64,000 nucleotides of DNA from Marsupella aquatica (GCA_973895155.1 OZ316893.1:17080645-17144644), one strand, 5' to 3'; counted from the first letter of the stretch, positions 1 through 13,095 are shown. Translations and numbers: made by a program. Notes: generated from the sequence alone by a model not told the origin.

Positions 1-1680
1 CAGGCTGACTCCCCCTTCCCTACATCTTAAGAGGCATAATCTGAGATGACCTATATGTTGCTCTTCCTCTCCGTATATGGTGAAGTCACCTAGGAAGATT
101 TGCATAAACTGATTCAAATACTCATGAAATAACATCATCATTAATCGCTGGAATGTACTAGGCCCATTGCATAATCCAAAGGGTAATACGAGACACTAGA
201 AAGCGCCCCATTCCGTAATGAAAGTGGTCAGCTCCCTTGCTTCTGTGGCTAACCGGACCTGACTGTACCCGCTGTACCCATCTAAAAATGAGTAAGCTGA
301 CTTTCCTGCTACCACATCCAAAACTGCTTCTAGAAAGGGTACCGGAAAAGGGTCTTTTATGGTCGTTGCGTTTAATTTTCTGAAATCAATGCAGACTCTT
401 AACTTCCCATTTTTCTTAGGTACTACGACTATCGGGGATAGCCACGTATAACGCTTAACAGGTTCAATGAATTTGGTATCAAGGAGCCTTTGGATTTCTT
501 CTTTTACCTTTTCCGCATAGTTGGGGTTCATCCTATATCGTTGTGTCTGCACCGGTACTGATCCTGGTACGAGTCGGATTCGATGTACGCCAATTGACTC
601 TGGAACTCCCTTTAACTCTGTGTAATCCCAGGCAAAAACATCTCGGAATTCGGCGAGTAGGGTAACAAGTTCCTCTTTGAGCTCGGGGGAAAGGTGTTTC
701 CCTATCTTTACTTCTCGTGGTCGTTCAGTGTCACTCAAATCGACCTTCTGAATGTGCTCTTCTTCGGTGGCACTCCATCCCACCACCTTCTCTGCTAGAT
801 CCTGCAAGGTGGTCTGTGCTTCTTCCTCCTTTAATGAGCACTCCTGAATGCCTTGCGGGTCTATGTGTTTAAACAGATCGTTTCGTAGATCATGATCCAT
901 TTTTTCTTTGGTCATTCCTTGCATCTCGTCGAGCTTGACTATTTCCATATCTGAAATTGGGACTAAGTCTGGACGGCATTTTAAATAGGTCTCTTCTTCA
1001 TCCTCATTCAACCCCTCTGCCCAGTTCAAGGTACAGACTCTGGCCATAGGTGGTACACCATCCTCGATAGCCTTGGTTCTGATCTTGAAAGTCTCTCCTC
1101 CGTGTTCTATTTTTATATAATCCTTCTCTTCCCCCCAGTGTTGTTTTACTTTGGCCTGTCTTAGCCAAGGTCGTCCTAACAACATGGGTTGTCCTCGGGT
1201 GGAATCTGCTTCTCTCAAAACTACCACTCCTAAATTGTACTTGATGCCTGAAATCAGCATTGGTAAGTCTCGCACGTAACCCAGTGGGTGACAGCTGCTT
1301 TGATCGGCCATTATTAGATTAAAAGGGGCTGGTAAGAGTTTGACTCTGCCTAGCAGTCTGTAGGTCTGCTCACTCATGAGGTTTACGGCTGACCCTCCAT
1401 CCAGCAATACGTTCTTTAGTTTGATGCCCTTTACGCTGATCTGTACTACGGCTCCTTTGTCGATTAGGGGAATCTTCCCAGCTTGGTACAGTGGTACTCC
1501 GGGTAATGTGGTAGGACTAATTCTGCCCCCCAACCGTCTCATTACTGCTTCCTTGCACTGTGGTGCTAACTAGAATAGTTCCTCGACAGTGATGTCAACT
1601 CTGGTCTTCGCGATGAGTTGCACTAGCTTATCCACTATTCGCTGGTTCGCTTCGGCAGGGTTATTCGGTGGTTCTTCGTC
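1..1680 (-). pseudogene. pol: gypsy pol: aspartic protease and reverse transcriptase, with premature stops
   Basis: ORF 196-1542 has LLDGGSAVN (protease), LLGRPWL, WLSPIVVVPKKNGKLRVCIDFRKLN and FLDGYSGY. It continues past a stop as LPFGLCNGPSTFQR. Confidence 0.93.
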
Positions 1681-3091
1681 TCATGGAAGTTGTCCCGTTT
1701 CTTGATCGAATCCCCCCATCGTCACTCCCTCCTCTAGAATTTCCGTATCTGTCTCTGCGTAAGGTTCTGAACGCATTAATCGTTCAGGTCGTGGCAAAGT
1801 CTCGTTCCGCTGTTTGTGGCGAATTTCATCCGCCATTTCTTGGGTGGTTGCATCCATTTGGCTCCAATCGAATCCCCCCTCCATCTCCGGGGAATTGGTT
1901 TGGGTTGAGTTCTCTGGCTGCCCTTGAGATCTTGTCACCACGTATGTTGACACCTGCATAGTATTCACAGGTGCTGGGGCTTTCCCCGCTATTTCTTCTT
2001 TTTCTTTCATGTGCTTCATCCATAATTCACAATCGGGCCCCCTGATGTGGCCAGTTAGTCGACAGTAATAGCAAATCGATGGGTATTTAGTACCACCATC
2101 CTTATAGGGCCTTCGGTTTGCATTACGATCCGGATTGTAATATCCCTGACTACTCTCCATCCTATCCCCATCTTGTTTGCTTGTTCCTACCTGATTTACA
2201 CCTAGGCTAGGTTTCTTTTTAAAAGGATTCTGGTTGCATTCCTGAGTGGTATGTCCAGGCCTCATCTGTATTTCACAGAATTTACGAGTACTAAGCTCGC
2301 CTTGCTCTCGGTTTTCCTTGACTTCTACCTTAGAAGGTTCTGTTTTCCGGTTAACCCTCTCTTCATCCTTACTGCTCTCGTTCTTTTCCTGGTTAAGCAT
2401 TTGAGTAATGTCTTCTAGCCGTATTAATCTTTTCTCGTATTCGTCAGCATTAGAAGTGGGATTTTGTTCTACCACTATGACTAGACTTCCCTTCATAGCC
2501 TTTCTCATCCAGCTAATTCGTTGCCCGTCGGACGGTTTGTTAGTTAATCGCCCTCATTGTTACCTTTAACTCTCCAATATAGTTCTGTACTGGTTCTCCT
2601 TTCTTCTGAGTCATGTTTTGCATAATGCTATACAAATCAGATTCTTCCTTAGCCCTTCTGTAATGATCTAAGAATTCTTTTGAAAACTCAGGCCAAGTTT
2701 TGAAATGGTCAGCTGGGTATTGAGTGTACCATACAAAAGCCTCCTTGTCCAGTGAGCTGGGAAACAGCTCTAATTGGGCTGTGTCATTCTGTTCGTGGTT
2801 AGCTCTGAGCATTTCTTCGAAATGTGCTAAGTGGGTATCGGCATCTTCATCAGGTGCTCCCTTGAACATGGGTATTTTAACCCTTCTGGTAGGAGCCGAT
2901 CTCGAACTAATGCCAGCTCCTTGGTGGGTTTTAAGTCGTTCCATGGCTTCTTCCACGGGTTCTTCGACCTTATCTTGAGCCCTTGAAGTCTCGATTCGTT
3001 CTTCGACCTCAAGTCTGAGTCTGCTTTCTTGGAAAGTTTCGAACTCCTCTGCCATTTCCCCTTCGTTGGGATTGATGGGCGTCTTGCCCAT
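1681..3091 (-). pseudogene. gag: gypsy gag (retrotransposon gag domain plus zinc knuckles), frameshifted
   Basis: ORF 2540-3091 has FPSSLDKEAFVWY..F.TW..F..EFL. ORF 1681-2508 has CYYCRLTGH..PDC and is in a different frame. Confidence 0.88.
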
Positions 3092-4730
3092 TTATCTTCT
3101 GGGTTAGCAAAGCCTTTTCTCTGCCTTCAAGCAATATACTCAACGATCAGGTCTTTCTTTACAAGGGTGATGTCAAGATCTTATTACTCGTTACTTTTCA
3201 CAAAAACGGAGACCTTCTACTGTCTCCTTTACTTGTCTAATGCTATAACTTCTGTTAATCAGTTCCTCTCTCTCCTTTGCTCAACTGCGGCTATGCCCTC
3301 TGCGAAATGACTCCTATTCGCTTAAACTAGGAGTGCAGGCTTCTGGAGCCATGAGTTCCTCGTTAAAGCACATCGTTAATAACTGGTTTAACATAGAAAA
3401 CTCAAAACTGTCATGTTGACTCCACATCATACATCTTGGGCAAGCTCCTGCGGTTTCCTCTAGTTTAGAACTTAATTTCCTAGCGATTTTGCCTATCTGG
3501 AATGCTATCGCAACCGAGTACTCATTTTGATTCCAATGACACCATTCTAAGAGTTTCTAAGGTCCTTCTTTCTCTTGGGTAGGCGGTACTGCATGTAGCC
3601 TTGAGGTAATCGATCACTTGGTGGCATGGTCGCTGCTGTAAACGCTACTCCGAACAGAGGATTGCAAATGAATTGTTCGCCTCCTCACGTTCCAGGTTCC
3701 TCCATGCGCTTCTCGAAGTACCAACTCTGTGTGTGTGGGCGTGGTGTAAGCAATTATCATAACATCGCCTTCTTGTGCCCTACTTCTCCCGCTGGCTAGT
3801 ATCGAGTGCTCTTTCTCATTCAGTGTTGCTATGATTGCTGCTTCGGCATCCTTCTCAAAATAGAACATCGTCCAGAACTCCTTCAACGAGTTCATGTCAC
3901 CCATTCACCTTTTTGGATTTGCGCGTTTCTCTCTTGGTTCGGACTGCTGGTCGTAGCAGTTGCTCCTCTTTCGGAACCCTCAACGAGGCGTTCCCCAGTA
4001 TGGTCGCCAAAAATGTTAAACGCCAACTTCGACCTTGCGATTAATGGCCATTTAACTACCTTCTCCTCAGTAATCTCATTTAAACGATTAACCGACCTTC
4101 GAGAGGCGGCACTCTTTCTATCTTGACACAGTCCCCGTAAGTGAATCCGACCAAGTGCTCTTGAATGTCGAGTTCCGTCTTCCACTTCTTAGGTACTTCA
4201 GCCTTGACCAACACTAACCCCTCTCTATACACAATCTCAATGAACCCACACCACTCGCGGTAAGTGATCAAGCAAATCGGAATGTTCTCGTATAGTGACT
4301 GACGGGAAATAAGATGGGTGCCGATAGAACAGATCCACAGTTCCAGTGATCTTAAGGTAATCAAGGAGCAAGACTTGTCGTCACTGCTGTCTGCGTTCAT
4401 GGTTTTTAGTAGCCGTGACCTGATTAAGTCCGGCTGTCCTTTGAATCAGCCTGCCTGGCAATTGATTTCCGGATTGTGTGGGTGACTATGACAGGGTTAC
4501 CCTAAGCAAGTACCCCAGTATCACGTTTACCCTTGTATGATGGAGGTGTATGACGACCAGTGTATCGCCTTCAAAACACACTATCTCCAACCAGACACCG
4601 CTTCTCACTAGCTGTTTGTTCAACCTATACCTTGAGACGCTGGCCCGTAAGGTTCTGGTTCGCAATGAGGCGATATTCATTCATCATTGCGATTAACGAG
4701 TAACGACTTGCTGCATAAGGCAAATTCCTT

Positions 4731-4754
4731 CTCTCTCTCTCTCTCTCTCTCTCT
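4731..4754. repeat. (CT)12 microsatellite
   Basis: Direct reading of the sequence. Confidence 0.95.
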
Positions 4755-5289
4755 GATTTGACGTTCTCATTCACTGCTCAAGTGCGGACTTCACTCTGTT
4801 GCATTCATTCCAAACTCTCTCTTTATACTCAAAGACTACTCAACTGAGTAGGGACACTATTACAAAATTGCTGGCATTCCTAAGGTGAGCGGAGCCCTAC
4901 CTTGCCCCAGACTTCTAGCAAAAAGTGACAGAGCGCCTAGCTCTCCACAGGCTCTAAATACCTATGCCTCGTGTCCGTCTCTACCAAAGGCCTCTACTAC
5001 TTCTTGGGGTGCGCCGATTACAGTTGGACGACTCACGCCTCCTCTTTGATCTCCTTCGCTCGTTCATCAAGAACGCTAACTAATGCCTACCAGAACGATG
5101 AGTGGAAGCCAAGAACTGCTGATTACTATGTCAAGAAGTTTTGTCTTCCTGGTTACTGAACTGTGCAACGGCCTCCTCGATTCCCTTCGGTTGCGCCTGA
5201 TCCGGAAGCTTCCGGACTCCCGATTGTTAATCTTGCCATATGTGCCTCGACCTCCTGACTTCTGTCATCTTCCTTGGGGTTTCTCGGTT

Positions 5290-5764
5290 CGCCGGCAACG
5301 ATTACTTGTTCGGCGGTGATTAATCGCCACGTAATCCGCTGATCGTGGCTGTTACCCCGTCTTAGCAGCAGATTCCATTTCTTCCGCATGACCTTTCTAC
5401 AGAGTTCTTCGATGGCCTCGCCGGTGGTGAATCATTGGCGGAACTCTTCGCCCTTCATTCCGAACAATTGTTGCCCCGCCGCATCCCATACACGACAGCT
5501 TCCTTCTTTGATCCGAATAGTGAACATGAACATAGGCACTCCTTCTCCTAGCGACTTACACTCATGAGCTAACCGATTCCTGCTAATAGGGGTTCCTATA
5601 TTCGCCCCCCCTTGCCTTCTCTGTCGAGCTCTTGTGCCTAAGGCACATACTCTGCCATCTGCTAGTAGGCCATCGTAGCCTTCATAGCAGAACTCGACTC
5701 CTACACGACCGTTAATCGAGATGATCGTCGCCTCCCCTACTTCCAGCCTTTCTGTCATCTCCAC
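5290..5764 (-). pseudogene. extra ORF upstream of gag with possible RPA1 C-terminal OB-fold similarity
   Basis: FCYEG..C....HEC....FMFTIRIKEGSCRVWDAAGQQLFGMKGEEF resembles the RPA70 DBD-C pattern by eye. One internal stop at about 5432. Confidence 0.4.
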
Positions 5765-5885
5765 AAAATGAATAACCGTTGGTCCTTGCTTACTACTTCC
5801 TAAATACTCTTGGTTGACCTCTAGTTGACACTTCTAAACCTAAAGAAAAACTATAATATCGCCGGTGTAATTTTTATCGTTTACA

Positions 5886-7379
5886 GTGTCACCTTCCCCG
5901 AGCCAGTCACGGGGGAAGAAGAGGAAGGAATCCGCCACTGCATCCGGGTTACCGTTGGCCACGGTAGTCGTAGCCAAGGTGACGATGCACCGCATGGGGG
6001 AAAACGTTCACAAAAACATCCTCCATCCCAAGCATGCGGTGTACCTGAAGACTCAGGGATTCGAGCACCTCGCCTCCCTCCCCTGGAACACTTGCAGGTA
6101 CTACGGGGAGGACATGACGGAGTTCGTCAGGAATTATGACGACGCGCGTCAACATACTTGGTTGCAGGGAAGGAGTATGGCCCTCACGGAAGAACGGCTT
6201 AGGATGATCTTTGGGTTACCCGAAGGTGACCATCGAGTCGAATCACGGGCTCCCGGGGGCAAGGGAGCCAAGTACCAATCTTCAAGCTTTCCCTCAGAGG
6301 GAGCAGTGGACAACGGGTTCGTGATGAGGACCTGTCTCATCCCGGAGATAGCTGAGCGACTAGGGTTCCAGAGGTATGCCCTCCACATGATGGAACCCCG
6401 GGGAGAGATCTCCGCCGCCCAGGTTATCCAGGTCGAGAACTATCGACCTAGGAGGTGGGCATTGTACTTCGCTAAGAAATTCCATGAAGAGATGGAGCGG
6501 CGAAGGAAGACGCTGTACATTGGCGGGAAGGCGTATTTTGCTAGCCATATCGAGATCATTCTTGAGTGGTACGCTCGGTTTGATCGACGAACCCTTCCCC
6601 GTGTCAACGTTACAAAGCTGGTCCCAGCTAGGTGGGTTTTCCTGGCCTTGGAGAGACGGCCCCAACCCGAGGCCCGAAGTCCAGCGGACATGCCAGCTTC
6701 ACCCCCCCACCTCCACAAGTAGCTGTAGTCGTAACCGAGGAGGTACCGGATGGGTCGGGTGTCGCAACCGTTGATGCGGCCCAACAGGCCGGGCTAAGTA
6801 CAGAAGTCGGTACGGCGGAGGTCTTACCCGAGCCCGGTTCTCCCAGAGACCCACCGGTGGCTATTCCGGAGAACCGGACATTGCTACAGGAGGACACTCC
6901 AACCCCTTCCAACGTTACGTCCCCAGGGCTGGACGTCACTGCCCCGGCCCCCGCGCGTGTTGACGTCTGCCCGTGCCCAACTCCGGACAGGGATTGCCCG
7001 GGATACCGGGGAGTTCATGGCCCGAAAGGTAGCCTGTTTCTTCAATCAAGAGTTGGTACAGTAAAGGCAGGTCGGGCCCAGTCAGAGGCCCTTCAGAGGA
7101 TAGAGCGGTACCGGGTGGAGTCCGTGTACCTAAAGAACGAAGTTGCGGCTCAAGAGGCTGAGCTTCCAGCAAGACCAGCTGGCGGGTAAACTAACGAGCG
7201 ACGCCCAGCAGCTGGAGGAGGCATGTCAGGAGGCAGCAGAGGAGACGGACATGGCAAGGCAAGAGAACGAATCTCTGCTGGACCAGGTCTAGCTCCTCAA
7301 GGCGGACAATGACAGGCTTCGAAGGCAGCGGGATGGCCGCTCCCATTCAGGCGGCTCTGGCAAGCGTGCCAGGCATTAG
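5886..7379 (+). pseudogene. LTR-encoded protein, family X (core domain plus deleted coiled coil)
   Basis: ORF 5886-6722 and downstream frames end ...GSGKRARH*. Homologous to ORF 57337-58749. Confidence 0.8.
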
Positions 7380-8271
7380 CGGGGAAGTAGGAATAGATTA
7401 GGATTAGGACTAGCTTAGTCAGGCTCTTGGGACAGGCACCTGCCTTAGGTATAGCATCGTTGCCATGCTGTCCAGCCTGCGTAGATTAGGATCTTCTAAT
7501 AAGACACAGCCATTTTCGGCCTGACTGTCAGCTTAGTTAGGACCTTAGTCAGCAAATCTTTGGCGAGAGGACACCCCATCCCTCGGCCCTTAGTATTTAG
7601 TGCACCCCTCGGTAGAGGTAGGGGGGTTTTTAGTTTCAGAGTTGGACATCCGCGGTATGTGCGGGGAGTCCCGACCTCTGGGAATGAAAGAGTACCAAGG
7701 GGGGGTAGGACTAAGCTCGTCGGGCAAGTGCGGAGCTGGGCTCCGTTGTAGTGTGCACCCTCGGCCTTGAACCTGTTCATTCCGGGGCTGTCGGGTCAAC
7801 TAAGTGTACGCATATGTTCCCTTTGTAGTAAAATCCTTTCCCATCATTTTCCTTCGTGTAAATCGAGATTGTATGCATGTGCGCGTGTATGTGTGTGGGT
7901 TTCTCGTATATGGGTGGCAGCGCCAGGCCGAACGCACTACCCGAGACGTGCACAGGGTGCAGCCTGCGGGTAAGTGGTTGCGAGCACGGGTTGAGGACCT
8001 GTATCATCGAATCCGGATCGAAGGTGGACAGCACGAAGGCTTAGAAGCCCTTAAGCCGGGGTCGATCCTGCTATCGACTAAGGTACGTTCCGGCGGCGGA
8101 ACACAAACCATACCTAGGAGGTGTTCGTATTTAGCAGTATGCGCACTTAGCGCTAGTTTACGAGAATAAGGTGCATTACGTGCTTCCCTTCCTGCCTGAA
8201 CCCTCAGATTTATGAGGGATGTGCCCATCTAAGTTGAAGTCTGAGTTAAGGCCAAAGCCGATGACGTGACA
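5886..8271 (+). mobile_element. protein-coding LTR family X, copy 1 (3' portion)
   Basis: Colinear with 36860-39096 and the reverse complement of 56435-59530. Ends GACGTGACA at 8271, matching the GGCGTGACA end of copy 3. Confidence 0.85.
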
Positions 8272-9979
8272 GCGACACTTCAACGAATGGAAGTGATTCC
8301 CTCGCAAACACCCCTGAAGCCAGAGGAACAACAACATCATCGCAACCCCCACTCAGTGCTCTGGCTGTTCTTCAACGTTTGCCGATAGAGTCAACTCCTT
8401 TGGAAATGGACGTTCCTAGAGGGACCTGGCATTTGCGGCGGACGGCCAAATATGGGGCAGGGCCTCAGTGCAATGGGACTTTGCATGGAAATTATGAGAG
8501 GGATGAGTGTCGAAATCGTGTGAAAAAAGTCGGGTTCCATTCGACAGCAGGTGTTGTCGGCATTGTTGTCAGCGGACATCGCATTTTTAGAGGCACACCC
8601 ATTGCGGAAATGATATGGTTCTGCCCAAACAAAACATGCTACAAGAGCTACCCGCGTCGTGGTGTTGAACGCCTTCCTCCTGTGTCGGATATCTTGCCAG
8701 TTGTGAAAGGGACCAACCTGTCACCTACCGAGGTAGAGTTCCTTGAAGCACAGGGAGTCTCGATGGTCCAAACAGCTGCGACATCTCGCGCTGCACCTGT
8801 TCCATTCGACTTGAGAATTAATGTAAACGCATTTCCTGAAAGAATCAATTTCGCCGATCCCAATGTACGCCTTCGGACCAGGAATGGGAGAAACTCCAGA
8901 CCTCGATCAAATCTAACACTGGCTCACAGTACACGAATGGAGTCGGCTCGAAAAAAAGCTATGATCCTGGATGGCGAGTGGGATGTGGGTATTGGAATTG
9001 CATTTGGGAAGCAATTCAAAATCCGGACCCACAAGAACCTTCGATCCCCAAACACTTACTTTGTCCAAATTTGCGTCTTCCCAACCTGTTCCTGTGAGGA
9101 TTTCTTCCATCGTCATTCTCGTGGCAAGCCATATATGCCTTGTAAACATTTGTATTGGGTGTTTATAAATGTCTTCAAGTTTCATGTAGAGGAGTCTACC
9201 CTGTGTAGCTAGCCCATTTTCACAGTTGCGGAAGTCAGACTCGTGCTGGATAGGCAGAACGCGAATGGTTTGTAGAGTAACATGACATTCTAGAGACTAT
9301 CGTTTTTCGTAACGGATACTATGGTTTTTGTCTGTAGTCAACGGATATTACACTTGTTTTTTCTTGCTTTTGGTTAGCACCTGGCGCTCGTTCCAGAACA
9401 TTAATATTTTTAAATTTTGAATTTGATCTGGTTATTGTCATGTCGTTGTCCCTTAACTTAAACTTTTGTCCCTGTTAAAGCTTTGTTAGCGTCGGGCGCT
9501 AGTTTTCACACTCTGTCCGGCTCCAATATTGCAAATTCCAGAACCCTTCTTCGTCGATTGGTTGTTTAAGCCTATAACTGGATTTAGGGTGGGTCCCACC
9601 CTAAATTACTCCATCCCTGCATGGATTTTATTTTTCCTTCTTGTAGGCCGAATTGCGCTTTCTGAACTGGACTGTTCTGAAATGATGTTGTATCTAAATA
9701 GCAGGGATATTCAATGACGACATTATTCATGTAGAACAAATGGACACTCGGTTTGGAACCTCTCTTTGCAGCTGTGACCACACCCTTGGCTTATATCTGA
9801 CCTCGTCACATTTGGCACTAACAAGACGTTCAACTTGATGATGTGGTGGAAAATGACGTTAATTTTTTGCAAACTTAGCCAAAAAGTACACTTTTACCAT
9901 AAGACTTTCCTGTTACCAGTTAAGAGTTATCTGATAACAGGAATTCTGTTACCTGTTTCCTGTCACCACTGTTATACCC
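8272..9979 (+). mobile_element. right part of a SWIM-encoding, MULE-like DNA transposon
   Basis: Ends in CCTGTTTCCTGT...ATACCC, the same terminus as the 9-bp-TSD MITE at 59157-59494. It truncates the neighbouring minus-strand transposase. Confidence 0.6.
8379..9212 (+). CDS. SWIM zinc-finger protein fragment
   Basis: YFVQICVFPTCSCEDF...PCKHLYWV fits the CxCx(n)CxH SWIM motif. The 5' part is cut by LTR X. Confidence 0.75.
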   Translation: MPIESTPLEMDVPRGTWHLRRTAKYGAGPQCNGTLHGNYERDECRNRVKKVGFHSTAGVVGIVVSGHRIFRGTPIAEMIWFCPNKTCYKSYPRRGVERLPPVSDILPVVKGTNLSPTEVEFLEAQGVSMVQTAATSRAAPVPFDLRINVNAFPERINFADPNVRLRTRNGRNSRPRSNLTLAHSTRMESARKKAMILDGEWDVGIGIAFGKQFKIRTHKNLRSPNTYFVQICVFPTCSCEDFFHRHSRGKPYMPCKHLYWVFINVFKFHVEESTLCS

Positions 9980-12900
9980 GACATGACATGTTAACATCAT
10001 GAAAAGCCTGAATAGACATCATGTCCTTCTCAGTGTGTGCTGCAAAGTTCCCACCCACTGAATGGTCACCAAACCTCAACCACAATCTCCACAAACGTAG
10101 AAAGAATGAAACCTTGGATGCTAACACAATACGGGACCTCAAGTCATGAACTGGAGAAAAGAAAATATCTAAGTAATCTGCACAAATCTCCAAGTACAAC
10201 TGAGTTCCTAAACTTTGTTCATGTCGTACATCTCTCCTCTCATACATATCTTTCAGACATTGCTGCACTCTTCTTGCTGCAATTCGTTGTGGACCTGCCC
10301 AATTCTGCCGGTCAGTCCTATTCACATCATCCCAAGCCATGCCATGTTCATGAATTGGATAATGATTGTAGACATTAGCTACATAACATAAAGATGCATG
10401 TTGATCTCCTAGCACCAGTAAAGAAGACACTTTGTCTAAGGGGTTTATCATCTTTTTCCCATTATGAGGTTGGTCTTGGTCACCAAAGCCATACAAATCC
10501 CCATTTGGTAGAATTGAAACACGGTATGTCCACCCTTCCCACCCAACTCCGTATCTTGGGTATGATCCATTCTGCCCTCTGTAATCTTCCAGCATCAACT
10601 TTCGGCGACGTGCATCACCATCACTAGCATGTCCAAGCAAAGGGCCTACCATAGCTCTACAATATTCATCCCAAAAAGCCTTTAACTAGACCCAATGCTC
10701 TCGTACCCAAGAAGCTGTGAACTTATTACAAGTTGGAAGTGCACACACAACCAATTTAGGTAAGGACTTATGTAGAGGATTCACAATCACAACTCGGGCA
10801 TACATGCACTTGGGGCATTGTTCAAATGTACTTACAATTTTATCATACCCCTCATCACCTTCACCAACTAGAATTTCCAAACCATAGGAGCATACATTAT
10901 GCTCTGAGGGTCCACAGAAACCAATGAGAGTATCATACTTTGCCTCCCACCTGAAACACAGACATGCAATTTTTCAATATCACAACAATTCCAGCCAAAC
11001 TGTGCTACTTGTAAAGTCATTAAAAAAACAATTGGAAAAATGTCCAGTTCCAATTACCTAGGGCGTTCTTTGATCCTTGTTTCATCCTCAGCAAAGATAA
11101 CAGGCACATCCCCCTCATTAATGCCCAATGAGTGCTTTGCAGCAGACAACACTCTAGCAATCTCCTGAAAGGTTTCCTTCCGTAACCTGGTTCGAAAAGG
11201 TGTGAGTTTTGCTCTATCACGTTTTAGGGTCACAAGGCTAGGGGCTGTCAAGTTTCGTACAAACAATGAGCAACTTGACGGCCCCCAAATTGGAACATAG
11301 CCTGAGCAATAGCTCGAGTCCTATTATTGTAACGATTACCTTTTGGCTTCCTGCCTAAATTGCGAGCTACATCCTTCAAGAAATCCCACAAACCCTCCTT
11401 ACCACCAAATGCACCATTCCTGTGTCCATTCAAAATACTCTTAAGAAACAATCTCAAATCCTTCCTATCTGCTGCAACTCCTAACAACTCCTCTAGTTTT
11501 CTTTTCCTGGTGCTCAAGGCACATACTTTCTGAGCCTGCAAAGCTAACAACCAACGCCCTTTTCATCGCATAGAGTTCAGCTTGTGCACTTGATCTCTTA
11601 ACTCTGGGTTGGTCAAAGAATCCAATTGTATACCACCAGCAGTGGTTCGGCTTCCTCTGTGGACTACTGCTTCCGCTTCCCTGTGCACCCGTCCACGAAA
11701 ATCATCTTCTAGTGTTATAGAATTACATTCACTACAAGTTAGATTTTCAAATCCTCCTCCATTCTGTGATAACCTCAAGCAATCCTTGTGTCTAAAACAG
11801 CCTGCATACTCACAACACAGTCTCTACTTGGATGGAAAACATCCAAGCAACAACGACTGATCATCCAAAATGCCGGAAATATCAAAAGATATACCCTTCC
11901 ATAACACTTGAGGCACACCTCTCTCTACCCATAATCCCCAGCAAAGCAAACTCAGACCAAGATCAACAGATTCACACACACCTGAACCTGAACTGCTGCC
12001 TGTTCGGGACCCATCATCTTTAAAGAACTTCAAAATCCCACTCTGACCAGGATGTAGGTCCCTAGAATCAGTCCTCTTTGGCCTGCCCCTCTTCCCTGAT
12101 CTCAAGGCAAGCATTTTTGTGTCATGCCTAGTCTCCAATGCATCCAAGTGATCTTGACTCACTAAGTGTGTCCTCAAATTGGGCTCCAAGGTAAGCTTCT
12201 TGGGGCACAAGTCAGTGTGAAGCATTCCACAGACAGTACAACGAACCTTAAACAGGAAAGACCTGTTTGCATACTCAGGAGTACTGGGATCAGGAACAAT
12301 AGAGAATAGTTTGCCATCATCCCCAAGCTCCACATTCAATCGCTGAACTATCTCAATGCCTACTTTGATGGCGTCTGCATGATCATATTCTGGCTTCTCA
12401 GAGATGTCTGCTACCTGAACCAAAGTAGAAGGAATGCCCCTTCTCCGACAATAGTTATCCTTATTGAAGACCAAGTGTTTGGTCTTAAAATTACTAAAGT
12501 AATTGGAGATGGATTTAGGGTTCTGAGAGTTGTCTACATTGCCATAAGTTTCCCTGCATTCAAGACACTCTAGATGCCCTCGAACATCTGTCCCCTCATC
12601 CCAGGTACGAATTCTCCAATTGTGATCACTATAACCCTTCTTATGAACCCATTTCTCTAACCTCATCCACTCATCTTTCCATAGCTTTGATGGGACATCT
12701 CCCATCAATTGTGACTCAAAAGAAGCCCTTACAGGGGAGGGTGCTGGTGCTATTGGCCCCAGCTCAGGTGCAGTATTCGGACCCAATGATGCAGGAGTGC
12801 AAGGATGACAGGGTACTGGTGGGATCCTCCCACCAGTACCAAGTTCTTGTTGTACAACAATAACTCTTCCATCCAGCTCAGACAGATCAATTAATTTCTC

Positions 12901-13095
12901 ATGTACAGGTTTCACTCGACCAGGAAGTCTCTCATCCCAAAAATCAAAGTCAAAGTCTAGAGTAGAGCCAATACGAGCCCTGAAATCATGTAGGGTGTGT
13001 CCTTCTTTGAATGACAAAACACAGATTGGTAAATCAGCCTTGTCATCCCCAACTTTGCGTATTAATTTAACAGAGTTGGGTTTAGGGGCTGCCAT
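9980..13095 (-). pseudogene. degenerate P-element/THAP9-like DDE transposase with N-terminal zinc fingers
   Basis: Fragments in order: CLEC..H and CTVC..H..H fingers, FAEDET, GHASDGD, QDQPHNGKK (DxxH), DRQN, FFLRLW. The C-terminus, which would carry the catalytic E, is cut at 9979. Confidence 0.55.

Larger units (their letters stand above)
1..5885 (-). mobile_element. Ty3/gypsy LTR retrotransposon A (non-chromovirus, Athila/Tat-like RT), 5' part; runs off the left edge
   Basis: gag, protease and RT ORFs on the minus strand. The right boundary reads TGTAAACG on the minus strand from 5885, exactly where LTR family X sequence begins abruptly. The 3' end of its LTR and its PBS were not located. 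Confidence 0.8.

Noticed and set aside
3335-3355. Candidate PBS for gypsy A (minus strand TGGCTCCAGAAG)
   Set aside because: I could not match it to a plant tRNA 3' end or to a convincing LTR end.
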